This document shows positions 11,244 through 20,629 of a stretch of DNA of 64,000 bases, piece by piece. Location of the stretch: the NCBI GenBank assembly GCA_964515005.1, contig CAZEVT010000001.1, positions 125,521 to 189,520 on the forward strand, written 5' to 3'. The notes below the pieces were generated by a model. That model was not told the origin of the DNA and searched no databases. It saw only the letters and a list, made by a program, of their open reading frames with translations. Every line of letters starts with the position of its first letter. Position 1 is the first letter of the stretch. The position numbers were made by a program, and so were the translations under genes. This DNA is from an uncultured Gammaproteobacteria bacterium (lineage in GTDB: Bacteria; Patescibacteriota; Microgenomatia; UBA10105; UBA927).

Positions 11244-11733
11244 CCGCCTCTTCGATGCACCACGGAGAATATGGAGCGGGGTTTGTTTTAATTTCCTCCA
11301 AAAACACGTTCCAGTCAATCCATTTCCAATCATCAACCTCGCTTGGATTCGGTGTCGGAGTGCCGTCAAAATGGCCAACATGAATTGGACAAATTTCGTT
11401 TTCTACGATTCCGTTCTTATCGGCAAACCGGTAGCGATACGGTGCAACTTCTTTTACCTCTGCACCCGTAATTCCCAACTCTTCCTTGAGTCTTCTGGTT
11501 GCCGCCTGGACTGTCGATTCGTTCGGGGCCAAATGCCCACATATGGTATTAGTCCACACTCCCGGAAAAGTTTTTTTACTTGCGGCTCGTTTGGTAACCA
11601 GGAGTTGTTTTTTTGAATTAAAAAGAAATAGGGAAAATGCCCGGTGAAGCGGTGTATCTTTTGTGTGAACTTCATCCTTAGGTTTTGTACCCAGGACGTT
11701 GTTTTGATCATCTACAAGAACCACAAGTTCCAT
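11209..11733 (-). CDS. idi: Isopentenyl-diphosphate delta-isomerase type 1 (Nudix fold)
   Basis: LHRAFSLFLFN...LLVTKRAASKKTFPGVWTNTICGH...GIVENEICPI aligns with E. coli Idi. The 3' end overlaps the tsaD 3' end by 35 nt (convergent). Confidence 0.8.
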   Translation of the reverse strand: MELVVLVDDQNNVLGTKPKDEVHTKDTPLHRAFSLFLFNSKKQLLVTKRAASKKTFPGVWTNTICGHLAPNESTVQAATRRLKEELGITGAEVKEVAPYRYRFADKNGIVENEICPIHVGHFDGTPTPNPSEVDDWKWIDWNVFLEEIKTNPAPYSPWCIEEAAILQQKDPELQ

Positions 11734-11734
11734 G

Positions 11735-11806
11735 TGGGCCAGCTTGGTGACGATCCAAGTACCCCCAACTTATAAGGTTGGTGCTCTACCGATGAGCTAC
11801 TGGCCC
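11735..11806 (-). tRNA. tRNA-Ile with anticodon UAU (72 nt, no encoded CCA)
   Basis: Minus-strand cloverleaf: acceptor GGGCCAG/CTGGCCC, D-arm GCTC-ATCGGTA-GAGC, anticodon stem CCAAC/GTTGG, loop CTTATAA, T-arm CTTGG-ATCGTCA-CCAAG. The T-loop is non-canonical (A54, U58). Confidence 0.6.
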
Positions 11807-11835
11807 AGTGGATCGTATTATACCAAAGACGGGGG

Positions 11836-13224
11836 TTATCCTTTAAGAAGTGCTCCCATTGAGGTCTCCAGCTCAAACGCACGCTTTTTATTGGCGCCGA
11901 AGCATATATAGCCAAACCGGTGTGTCGAGAGCGCACTCACACAGGTGATAACAATGCCCTCACCGGTTTGTTTATCAAAAAGAATGGGGGCAAGAACGGT
12001 TCGGAGCTGATCAAACGTGAGCGCGCGTTTCTTGGGTAATTCAAATAAATTATTAAACAGGATATACGTCCGGTATAAAAAGTCCTTCCCGAACAACTGC
12101 TCAGCCGCGACAAACACGTGTGTGCCGCCGGTTCGTCGGACGTTACTCTCCGTCACATAGAGTTGCCCGTTTTTGGCGGCGAGGAAATCGACGTCATAAT
12201 AGCCACGGTACCCCGATGCCCGGTACTGTTCGCCGATATAAAACCCTGTGTCAATCATCCGGGCAAGCAAACGGTCGGTGACGACATCATTGCCGATTTC
12301 CATACCCTTAAATACTCCCTGGGTTACCCGCATGCCGCCGTAGTACAAGTAGTCTACTCGTCCGTTTTTCAATATTCGAAATTCTACATTGGGAAATCCT
12401 CCGGCAACCGCTGGATTAACCGAGATAAATGATTCAATCACAATAGGAAACATCCCCCAATAATCGTCCTTTTTTAAAACCTCGAGAATGGCCTGTTCGC
12501 ATACCGGGTAATCCGTCGGCAAATCACCTTCTTCAAACAGAAGCACGCCTGATCCTGCATGCCCTTTATTTGTTTTGATAACGACGCCGTGTTCTTTGAT
12601 GTATTTTTTTGCCGCGATTTTGGCGGCATCCACGATACCCATACAAATCATTCCCTCGGGCATGATGAGATCCGGTTCTGCGGCTCGACTTTCCCCAGCA
12701 AGTTGCCGAATACCGGACTTACTTCCGTAGAAATTTACCGTCCATGAATCTTCTTCTTCCGGCGCATCGGGCGTCATGACGCTAAGTCCTTTTCCTTTCA
12801 ACTCATCGACCAAATGAAGAAATTGTTCTGACGTTGTATAACTGGTCAGTACCAATCTCTTGGATCCGTTGGCCGCTGCCATAATTCCCTGCATGACCTC
12901 ATCGTCTTCGAGAATATCTTCGCAGATGACGCCTGAATGTTTTTGCGGCACAAGAATGCGAATACTTCGTTTCCCAAATAACTCCGTGTAGTACCGAAAA
13001 AATGATTCATCAACCTGCTGGGGAAAAATAAAAAGAATATTGTCTTCATCCGCGCAGGTGAATAAATCCCGTTCACACAAATCCGCATTTTCTTTTATTT
13101 CAAACAGTTTGGCCTTCGCGTCGGACATGGCGCTGATGAATGGCCACACGTCCTCCGACATGTTAAAAATGTATACAGTTGTTTCAGGAAATTTTTGTAT
13201 CGCGAGCGGCTCTTCCATTGGCAC
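11836..13224 (-). CDS. ATP-grasp fold ligase of unknown specificity
   Basis: A Gly-rich loop VIKTNKGHAGSGVLLF and the ATP-grasp catalytic signature YDVDFLAAKNGQLYVTESNVRRTGGT. Confidence 0.6.
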   Translation of the reverse strand: MPMEEPLAIQKFPETTVYIFNMSEDVWPFISAMSDAKAKLFEIKENADLCERDLFTCADEDNILFIFPQQVDESFFRYYTELFGKRSIRILVPQKHSGVICEDILEDDEVMQGIMAAANGSKRLVLTSYTTSEQFLHLVDELKGKGLSVMTPDAPEEEDSWTVNFYGSKSGIRQLAGESRAAEPDLIMPEGMICMGIVDAAKIAAKKYIKEHGVVIKTNKGHAGSGVLLFEEGDLPTDYPVCEQAILEVLKKDDYWGMFPIVIESFISVNPAVAGGFPNVEFRILKNGRVDYLYYGGMRVTQGVFKGMEIGNDVVTDRLLARMIDTGFYIGEQYRASGYRGYYDVDFLAAKNGQLYVTESNVRRTGGTHVFVAAEQLFGKDFLYRTYILFNNLFELPKKRALTFDQLRTVLAPILFDKQTGEGIVITCVSALSTHRFGYICFGANKKRAFELETSMGALLKG

Positions 13225-13278
13225 ATACGAGAATAACGCAATTGCGAAGATTGTAAAGGGGTTAAACGAAGAAATTTT

Positions 13279-15633
13279 TTATAATCTCGCCCGCTCCGAA
13301 ATCTCGGCTTCGATAAGTTCACGCGAACGACCGTACTTGAGGCGCGACAGTTGAATGATTGCTTCAGCAACTTTCGGATTTCTCCCGGCATTCACCGCAC
13401 TCATGTCTTTAGTTAAATCCATGCTGAAAGGCTTCACCGGTTCATTGTGCACATTGGTTTTAATGTACGCATTATATTTATCGATGTTGATGAGATCTGC
13501 CTCATTAAACGTCGGCTGGAATTCATGCTGGAGATAGTTAGCATCCGTCACTCCGACGCGAAACGCAACCACGGAGCCGACATTGCCAAACACCGCGTTT
13601 TTCACTTCCTCTTCCATCTGTCCGATAAATTGATTGGCAACGATCAAATTTAACCTATATTTCCGCGCCTCGGAAAGAATCTGTGCAAAGTCCGGCGTTG
13701 CAAAGTTTTGAAACTCATCAACATAGAGATAAAAGTCGCGCCGCTTGTCCTCGGGAATTTCCTGACGGCTCATGGCCGATATGAGAATGCGGGGAACCAG
13801 AATGAGACCCAAGAAGTTGCTGTTTTCCTCGCCCACTTTTCCCTTGGCAAGATTGACGAGCAGAATTTTCCCCTCATCCATCACTTTACGGAAATCAAAA
13901 CTCGACTCCGATTGTCCGATGATGTTGCGCATGAGTTTATTGGTGACAAACCGGCCGAATTTCGACACGATATAGTCGAGTACTTCCGACTTATGAAAGT
14001 CTGCGGTTTGGGCAATCTGATCCGTCCAGTATCTGCGGATGATGGGATCCTGCAACTTCGGTAACAATTCCTGGACAAATGAACTGTCGGTCAAAACCCG
14101 CACGACCTCGACAAACGTATTGCCGGGTTCCACCATGACGGTCAACATCGCGTTTCGGATGGCGTGTTCAAACCGGGGACCGATAATACCGGTTTTCATA
14201 GGGTCATAGAGCTTGTACATGAGTCCCACAATTGACGTCACGACAAAATGTTTCTGTTCTTCGGTTTTGGCCTCAAGCATGTTAAGCCCCATCGGTCGGT
14301 CGGTGTCCGACGGGTCAAAATAAATAACATCTTCAGCCCGCTCGGGAGGAATGCGGTTGATGACGCCGTCAATAAGATCTCCGTGGGGGTCAACAACGGC
14401 ACACCCCTTGCCTGCCCGAATATCCTGCACGATCATTTCCTCAAGAAGCTGCGATTTTCCGGTACCGGTTTTTCCGATGATGTAGACGTGGCGCCTTCGG
14501 TCTTCATCACTTATGAATATCGGCCGTTCCACTCCGCGGTACCGGGACTTTCCTAAATACAGGCCCTGCGTCGGAATCTGGGACGGAGCGGGCGCGCGTT
14601 TGGCGTTGAGCCAGAAAATATGGGCTGTTTCCACGGATTTGTTCGGCAAATGATAGACGGTTGCCAACTCGTCGCTGTTTAAAACGCTGTACTGCGGCAG
14701 AAATGATGGATTCACCGCCGGAAAGTAACGGTAGATAAAATCGAGCATAAAGAGTTTCTTCATAAACCACGGAAACTTCACTTTCGTAAAATTATTGTGG
14801 TCGCTTGAGAATTGGCCGAAACTCGTCAGGAGATTATCAAGATGCATTTTAGCGCTTTCGTCGGTCGCCGAAGACACCACCAGTCGAATGACCGCGTTAA
14901 ATCCGGGTTTGCCTGTTTTTTGCTCAACTGCTTCAAGGGACTTGGGGTCAATCTTGAAGCTCGCTTTTTCAGGATTTGCCTCATCTTTTTTGGTTTTTGA
15001 AATGTAGGAACGGCCCAGACTTCGCCACTTGCTTCCGGTCGGCTGAATCAGAAGTTGAATAACCGCGCCTTCCCCTTCGCGCATTTTCGCGAGTACCGAT
15101 GTGATCGAGGACAACGGATCGGTGGGTAAATCCCGGAATACGCGAATGGGCATATGGTTGGCGTTTTTGAGGCGAAGCGCGGCAAAAGCGACTTTCCCGT
15201 TTTGACTAAATATCGAATACTCTTCCACTTCTTTTATATCCGCCCCGGGATAAGCCCCGTGAATCTGTTTTTCGACAAGATCCATAAGCTTTCGGGGTAC
15301 CGAAACATAGAAGCGTATATCTTCTTGTCTTGCCACAATCTCAAATGAAAAATGCGGTTGAGGCTTCAAAAAAGACCAAAATCCGCTTTTATAAATGCTG
15401 TAGAGACTGGCAAACATCTGCTCCGCCGCATCTATTTTAATTTCATTCTCGCGCGGAACGGCAATTTGAAGGAGTACATATTCGAGCGACTTCTCTTCCC
15501 TGTCCCGGTATTTCCACAAGAGAAACGCAATATACGAAACAAGCGCAACGCCTCCAAGAACTAGGAGTAAAAAGACAAGCGTGACGCCAAATACTTGCAG
15601 CTGATAGATAATATCTAATGTTTGATCCTGCAT
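13279..15633 (-). CDS. Membrane-anchored FtsK/HerA/TraD-like P-loop ATPase (coupling-protein/DUF87 type)
   Basis: Two N-terminal TM helices. Walker A VYIIGKTGTGKSQLL...VVDPHGDLID resembles TraD/TrwB. Walker B YLYVDEFQNF. ARKYRLNLIVANQ resembles the HerA/VirB4 RKYG motif. Confidence 0.7.
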   Translation of the reverse strand: MQDQTLDIIYQLQVFGVTLVFLLLVLGGVALVSYIAFLLWKYRDREEKSLEYVLLQIAVPRENEIKIDAAEQMFASLYSIYKSGFWSFLKPQPHFSFEIVARQEDIRFYVSVPRKLMDLVEKQIHGAYPGADIKEVEEYSIFSQNGKVAFAALRLKNANHMPIRVFRDLPTDPLSSITSVLAKMREGEGAVIQLLIQPTGSKWRSLGRSYISKTKKDEANPEKASFKIDPKSLEAVEQKTGKPGFNAVIRLVVSSATDESAKMHLDNLLTSFGQFSSDHNNFTKVKFPWFMKKLFMLDFIYRYFPAVNPSFLPQYSVLNSDELATVYHLPNKSVETAHIFWLNAKRAPAPSQIPTQGLYLGKSRYRGVERPIFISDEDRRRHVYIIGKTGTGKSQLLEEMIVQDIRAGKGCAVVDPHGDLIDGVINRIPPERAEDVIYFDPSDTDRPMGLNMLEAKTEEQKHFVVTSIVGLMYKLYDPMKTGIIGPRFEHAIRNAMLTVMVEPGNTFVEVVRVLTDSSFVQELLPKLQDPIIRRYWTDQIAQTADFHKSEVLDYIVSKFGRFVTNKLMRNIIGQSESSFDFRKVMDEGKILLVNLAKGKVGEENSNFLGLILVPRILISAMSRQEIPEDKRRDFYLYVDEFQNFATPDFAQILSEARKYRLNLIVANQFIGQMEEEVKNAVFGNVGSVVAFRVGVTDANYLQHEFQPTFNEADLINIDKYNAYIKTNVHNEPVKPFSMDLTKDMSAVNAGRNPKVAEAIIQLSRLKYGRSRELIEAEISERARL

Positions 15634-15636
15634 AGC

Positions 15637-16008
15637 TTACACTTTCACCCTCAATACCTTCCCTCCAATCGCCTTAAGCCCCATGTGGAGCTGCTTGAGT
15701 CTTCTCATGCACCACGTCGCAAGCCACCGCCAGGAGCTGGCAATGCTTTGATTAAGCCCTGTTGCTATCTGATCATCGGTAAGAGGCAAAACAGTGCTTG
15801 TCGCAGGCATCGGGACATTTGCCCCAACCGGGGCGACTCCCATCTTGGCTACCGGCTGTGGCACCGGAATCGTCGTTGGGTGAATCGTCACGCCCGCCGA
15901 TGCGAGCTCTTTTGGAAGTGAATCTCCCTCGCCGCGCCCCGCCTCCGGGGCCGTGGTGGTCTCGGGGGCACTCGATGGGCCAGTGACTCTTTCGGGCAGA
16001 TCGCTCAT
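15637..16008 (-). CDS. Small Pro/Ala/Thr-rich hypothetical protein (123 aa)
   Basis: The ORF sits 3 nt upstream of the ATPase gene. It is low-complexity with a conserved-looking C-terminal segment SWRWLATWCMRRLKQLHMGL. Confidence 0.35.
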   Translation of the reverse strand: MSDLPERVTGPSSAPETTTAPEAGRGEGDSLPKELASAGVTIHPTTIPVPQPVAKMGVAPVGANVPMPATSTVLPLTDDQIATGLNQSIASSWRWLATWCMRRLKQLHMGLKAIGGKVLRVKV

Positions 16009-16020
16009 AGATTCATCATA

Positions 16021-17547
16021 TCACGTGGCGTACGCAAATATTACTCCTTGCGGCGCAAATTGTGGATAAAAGGTGTTTTTTTTGGCTTTTTTCTGTTTTG
16101 TTTTGCCCAAGTGGGTCAGATTTTGGACCGTCTTCATCCCGCCCTCGCGTATCATCGTAAGATGCCAAATGATCGCAAGGAGTATCCACCGAGTAAGCTC
16201 GCGTTGAACAAGACGTTCCGAAATTGCTCTAATTTTTATTTTGCTATCTTCTAACGGAACATGACTGCGTTTCTGCAGGAAGATCCACCATACAAAAGCG
16301 AGTGCAAAATCGAGTACTTGCTCCCGTTTCCTCTGTTCGGGCCTCCTAAGACGTATCTTATCCATTCGTTCTTTCTTTCGAATAAGTTTTTTGGCAAGCA
16401 TCAGTAAGCGAACAATTTTTTCCGTCTTCACTTTTTCCTTTTGCCTCATTGGCTTGGCTTCAATAACTATTTTTTTCTTTTTCAATACTCTTTTTTCCAT
16501 CAACAAAACTCTTTGCTCCCTCTTTGATTGAACCGTGCGTTTCTTTTCCATTTTTCTTAATACACGCACTTCTTTCTTCATTTTTATTCTTTTTGCTTTT
16601 TTTTCATGTCGGGCAATAGATTTTTTCATTTCGGGAATAATCATTCTAGATCTTAATTTCATTTCGCTTGCCAAAAGTATCTGCGGAGTTTGCAGAGCTT
16701 GAGGCAGTTTTTTCTTATTACGTTTTACTTCCGTATGCTTCTTGTGATCGATAAATTTAACTTCGGCCACCGATTTCGGCTTTTGCCGTAGCATATTTTT
16801 GACACGATCGGTAAATGATTGTTTTAGAGATTGACGCATGTCTTCTACGGGTCTGCTGTGTCGTCTTTCAATATACCTTTGTACAGAACGCACTGTATGT
16901 CCAACCTCCCTCATCGTTTGTTTGCCGGCATAATGAACAACATCAATAGCCTGATTCGCAATATGCACAGGTAATGGCTTATCAGTTAATATAAAGACGT
17001 CTTTCGCAGGTTGAATTTTTAGTAAGTTAGAAAATGAGTCTTTTGCAACGGACTGAATAGCATCAAAACTGTGCTTGTTCTCAGTTGAGATGATAGCGGT
17101 AGTCCCTTTACCTGTATTGTGGTCAAACTTCATTACCCATACATCTTTATAATCCCCATCATTTCTGTGATAACTCGTCACAACGTGTGTCGCACCGTTT
17201 CGAATAGACTCCTGCATCAACATGTCCGCTTGTTCCTGGACCAATGAGTACTGCTCCGGGTTTAATCGACGAGCTTTCTCATGAAGTTCATTTAACGTAC
17301 TTCCGTACTCGGGATAATATACCTCCCCCTTCTCATTCAAAACAAAATTAGGCCCCGGATATTCTGTTTTCCCCGACAGCTCGTTATTGATTGATGCCAT
17401 ATCTTGCTTATATCGGGGACGAAAAAGACGGGCAGTTTCGTGGCGGACTTCTGAGGGTAACCAATCTGTGTGCTGCGAGGCTACCTGCGTGTTTAGTTCT
17501 TCGTAGGATAAAAAAAATGTTTGTCTTTTACAATCGCATGATGGCAT
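16021..17547 (-). CDS. Hypothetical protein with an extremely K/R-rich central region (~130 aa) and C-terminal hydrophobic helices
   Basis: A globular N-terminal domain of about 270 aa. The central stretch KKAKRIKMKKEVRVLRKMEKKRTVQSKREQRV... is highly basic. Hydrophobic segments FALAFVWWIFL and WILLAIIWHLTMI follow. Confidence 0.4.
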   Translation of the reverse strand: MPSCDCKRQTFFLSYEELNTQVASQHTDWLPSEVRHETARLFRPRYKQDMASINNELSGKTEYPGPNFVLNEKGEVYYPEYGSTLNELHEKARRLNPEQYSLVQEQADMLMQESIRNGATHVVTSYHRNDGDYKDVWVMKFDHNTGKGTTAIISTENKHSFDAIQSVAKDSFSNLLKIQPAKDVFILTDKPLPVHIANQAIDVVHYAGKQTMREVGHTVRSVQRYIERRHSRPVEDMRQSLKQSFTDRVKNMLRQKPKSVAEVKFIDHKKHTEVKRNKKKLPQALQTPQILLASEMKLRSRMIIPEMKKSIARHEKKAKRIKMKKEVRVLRKMEKKRTVQSKREQRVLLMEKRVLKKKKIVIEAKPMRQKEKVKTEKIVRLLMLAKKLIRKKERMDKIRLRRPEQRKREQVLDFALAFVWWIFLQKRSHVPLEDSKIKIRAISERLVQRELTRWILLAIIWHLTMIREGGMKTVQNLTHLGKTKQKKAKKNTFYPQFAPQGVIFAYAT

Positions 17548-17640
17548 ATATGCTCCTGCTCGGGATCTGACGGTAAGGAGGAGTTCCGGACTATCACCGT
17601 TGCGGCACAGCGTCTGACTTGCACAGACTTCCTCGGTTCC

Positions 17641-18186
17641 TTACTTTGCTTTGTTAATGCTCCGCCGGGGAATACCAGACCACACTATTTCCTCGACGTT
17701 TGCGTTTTTATTTATAAACCGTGCAAGTTCAAAAAACAAGTCTGACAATCGATTGAGATACTTGATAATTATTGGGTTCGTATGTTGCTTTACTGCAAGG
17801 CGCTCGACACGACGACAAACGTTTCTCATAATATGAATGCGTGCTCCGTCCGTGGACCCACCGGGTAAAATAAAATTGGTGAGCTCAGGTAACGTCTTGT
17901 CCATTTGATCTATCCACCGTTCCATTTCCCCGATCCTCGGCTCAAGAGATGTGAGATCTCCTTTCCAACCCGCAAGCGTACTCCCGATTGTGAACAGATC
18001 TGACTGGATGGTAAGAAGAAATTTCTTGAGTTTGCTATCTTTTATCCCTGCGGCAATAAGACCCACCCAACTATTAAGCTCATCGACAGAACCGTAAAGA
18101 TCAACACGCGGATCGGATTTGGATACGCGTTTCCCTCCAAAAAGAGCGGTAGTACCGGTGTCCCCGGTGCGGGTGTAGATCGGCAT
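17641..18186 (-). CDS. PduO-type ATP:cob(I)alamin adenosyltransferase
   Basis: MPIYTRTGDTGTTALFGG and the helical bundle remainder are typical of the PduO/MMAB family. Confidence 0.85.
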   Translation of the reverse strand: MPIYTRTGDTGTTALFGGKRVSKSDPRVDLYGSVDELNSWVGLIAAGIKDSKLKKFLLTIQSDLFTIGSTLAGWKGDLTSLEPRIGEMERWIDQMDKTLPELTNFILPGGSTDGARIHIMRNVCRRVERLAVKQHTNPIIIKYLNRLSDLFFELARFINKNANVEEIVWSGIPRRSINKAK

Positions 18187-18189
18187 ACG

Positions 18190-20622
18190 TCAGCACTCGG
18201 AATACCCGCAACTGTAGCATTTCTTGCAGGATTCTTCAAACACCAGACTTGCTTCTCCGCAGGTGGGGCAGAGGTCGACCGTCACCATACGTTTTTCGGT
18301 GAGTAACATCTGCTGACCGGGCGGCGTCATAGGCTGTTCTGCAGGTTCCACCTGTGGGGCCTGGACTCCTGCGGTGAGCGAAGTCGAGGCATGGCCATTG
18401 CCGTTGGTTATATGTCCGTTCGTATGTCCATTCGTTGAGGGAATCGGAACATCTGCGTGTTTCGTAAAGAATCCAAAGTGCCGGTCGATGACTTTGGCAA
18501 TTGCGTCCGGAAGACTCCTCACACGGTTTTCCCCAAATCCGAGGCTCCTGGCCCCGCCGATCCCGATAAGCATGGAGGCAATCTTATGCGCCCGTTCCAT
18601 GGGAGCAATCGGGGATGCCATGCGAAGGGTCAAAGAGATTACTTTCCCAAGCGCCTCTGCCATGGCAGTCACATCGCTTCCTGCTTTCCCGACATTAATA
18701 AACATTTCAACCGGCTGATTGCCACCATTGGTGTTGACGGTCACATACGCCTCACCAACCGGCGTATCCAGGCGGTAGGTCGACCCATGGACGACCATCG
18801 GGCGGGGCTTCACCTCAGGGGCGGTAATGAGCTGTTTGACCTCTTCTACTTTTTTCTCGTCCATCCGGGTGAGTACGCCTGCGCGGCTTCCTTCCCGCAT
18901 GTAGGCGATGCCCTTACACCCCTGTTCATAGGCAAGTGTGTACAGACGCTTGACGTCCTCGACCGTATGGGTTGCCGGCGCATTCACGGTTTTTGATATC
19001 GAGGCGTCAACGTATTTTTGAATCGTTGCCTGAACGTACACATGATCCTCCGGCGTCAAATCATTTGCCGACACAAACCATGACGGGCGATCTTCTTTTG
19101 TTGGTTCTTTTCCATTTGTACTCTTAAATTCTTCAAACCACGCCTCATAGAGCGGGTGTCGAAGTGTATGTTCACCAAGCCGGTCGCGCCTGATGAATTC
19201 AAACTCATACACGGGCTCGATGCCGCTTGAAACCCCCGACATGAGCGATGTGGATCCCGTCGGTGCCTGCTGGAGAATGACGGAGTTACGGACGCCATGC
19301 TTTTTCATGTTCTTCTTAATGGCATCAGGAAGCTGTTTGATAAAGTAGGCCTCGACGTGTTTTTTCTTGTCAATTTTGGGAAACGGGCCTTTTTCCTTCG
19401 CAATCGCGACCGACGCTTCGTAGGCGGCGTCCCTAATTGTTTTGTAGATTTTGTCTATGACCGGAAGGCTTTCCGGCGCCCCATAGCGGAGCTTCATTTT
19501 GATAAGCGCATCTCCCAACCCCATGGTTCCCAAGCCGATTCTTCGCTCACCATGTTTCTGCACTTTCTTTATCTCATCAAAGACATACACATCCGCATCA
19601 ACGACATCATCCTGAAACCGCACGCCGATTTTGGAAATCTCCACGAGTCTTGCGTAGTCCATTTCGCCGTTGTCCTTCACAAGGGCGGCGAGATTAATCG
19701 AACAGAGATTGCACACGCCCCAATTCGGGAGCCCCTCTTCGCCGCACGGATTAACGCAGTTAATGTATTCAAAGTAGGAATTGTTAAACCATTTGTTGTA
19801 CCGCTCCATAAAGACCACCCCGGGCTCGGCAGATTTCCAGGCCGCCTGCGCAATAAGATCCCAGAGGGCACGTGCTTTGATCGTTTTGTGGACAATGACT
19901 TTTTTTCCAAGGGCCACCCAGTTGGGAAGGTAGCCATCCCATTTGGCATCATACTCAGGATCGGATTTGTCCGGGAACACGAGCTCCCAATCGGTATCCG
20001 TCTTGACCGCTTCCATAAACTTATCAGAAACGCAGACGGAAAGATTGGCGCCGTTTATCCGCGCAAGATCCTGTTTGACGGTGATAAACTCCTCCATATC
20101 CGGGTGCCAGTCCCACAGCATAAGCATAAGCGCGCCGCGCCTGCTGCCCCCCTGTTGAATGATATCCTTGGTCGCAACCGAAAAAAGCTCCGCCCAGTTA
20201 CAAGGACCCGAGGAAAATCCGTTTACCTTTTGGACCCGGGCGCCGCGCGGCCGAAGACTTGAAAGGTTTATTCCTACCCCGCCGCCGCGGGACATAATCT
20301 CGACCATTTGACCAAGCGTTTTGAGAATGCCGCCGCGAGAGTCGTGCGGAGAGGGAATAACAAAACAATTATAGAAGGTCACTTTGTATCCGGTCCCGGC
20401 ACCCGACAAAATCCGTCCGCCGGGAACAAAGGCAAAATCCTGCATCGCGCCGTAAAACTTGTCTTCCCACGCTTTTCGCTGTTTTTTGGGTTCGACGGAC
20501 GCAATCGCGTGGGAAACTCTGCGCCACATTTCTTCAGGAGACTTCTCCGTGGGATTACCCGTTTCGTCTTTGAGCGCGTAGCGATCCAAAAATACTGTTT
20601 TTCGAATTCCGGTTAGATCCAT
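18190..20622 (-). CDS. nrdJ: Class II (adenosylcobalamin-dependent) ribonucleotide reductase NrdJ with C-terminal zinc-ribbon tail
   Basis: FLDRYALKDETGNPTE, active site CNLCSINLAALV, C-terminus CPTCGE...CKKCYSCGYSEC. Contains a low-complexity insert STNGHTNGHITNGNGHAS. Confidence 0.92.
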   Translation of the reverse strand: MDLTGIRKTVFLDRYALKDETGNPTEKSPEEMWRRVSHAIASVEPKKQRKAWEDKFYGAMQDFAFVPGGRILSGAGTGYKVTFYNCFVIPSPHDSRGGILKTLGQMVEIMSRGGGVGINLSSLRPRGARVQKVNGFSSGPCNWAELFSVATKDIIQQGGSRRGALMLMLWDWHPDMEEFITVKQDLARINGANLSVCVSDKFMEAVKTDTDWELVFPDKSDPEYDAKWDGYLPNWVALGKKVIVHKTIKARALWDLIAQAAWKSAEPGVVFMERYNKWFNNSYFEYINCVNPCGEEGLPNWGVCNLCSINLAALVKDNGEMDYARLVEISKIGVRFQDDVVDADVYVFDEIKKVQKHGERRIGLGTMGLGDALIKMKLRYGAPESLPVIDKIYKTIRDAAYEASVAIAKEKGPFPKIDKKKHVEAYFIKQLPDAIKKNMKKHGVRNSVILQQAPTGSTSLMSGVSSGIEPVYEFEFIRRDRLGEHTLRHPLYEAWFEEFKSTNGKEPTKEDRPSWFVSANDLTPEDHVYVQATIQKYVDASISKTVNAPATHTVEDVKRLYTLAYEQGCKGIAYMREGSRAGVLTRMDEKKVEEVKQLITAPEVKPRPMVVHGSTYRLDTPVGEAYVTVNTNGGNQPVEMFINVGKAGSDVTAMAEALGKVISLTLRMASPIAPMERAHKIASMLIGIGGARSLGFGENRVRSLPDAIAKVIDRHFGFFTKHADVPIPSTNGHTNGHITNGNGHASTSLTAGVQAPQVEPAEQPMTPPGQQMLLTEKRMVTVDLCPTCGEASLVFEESCKKCYSCGYSEC

Positions 20623-20629
20623 AATATAG

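Noticed and set aside
11712-11936. 74 aa minus-strand ORF spanning 11712-11936
   Set aside because: It overlaps the tRNA-Ile gene and the idi start region. The translation is tRNA-derived.
19297-20262. 321 aa ORF on the plus strand inside nrdJ
   Set aside because: It lies entirely antisense to the class II RNR gene, which has strong motif support. There is no domain signal.
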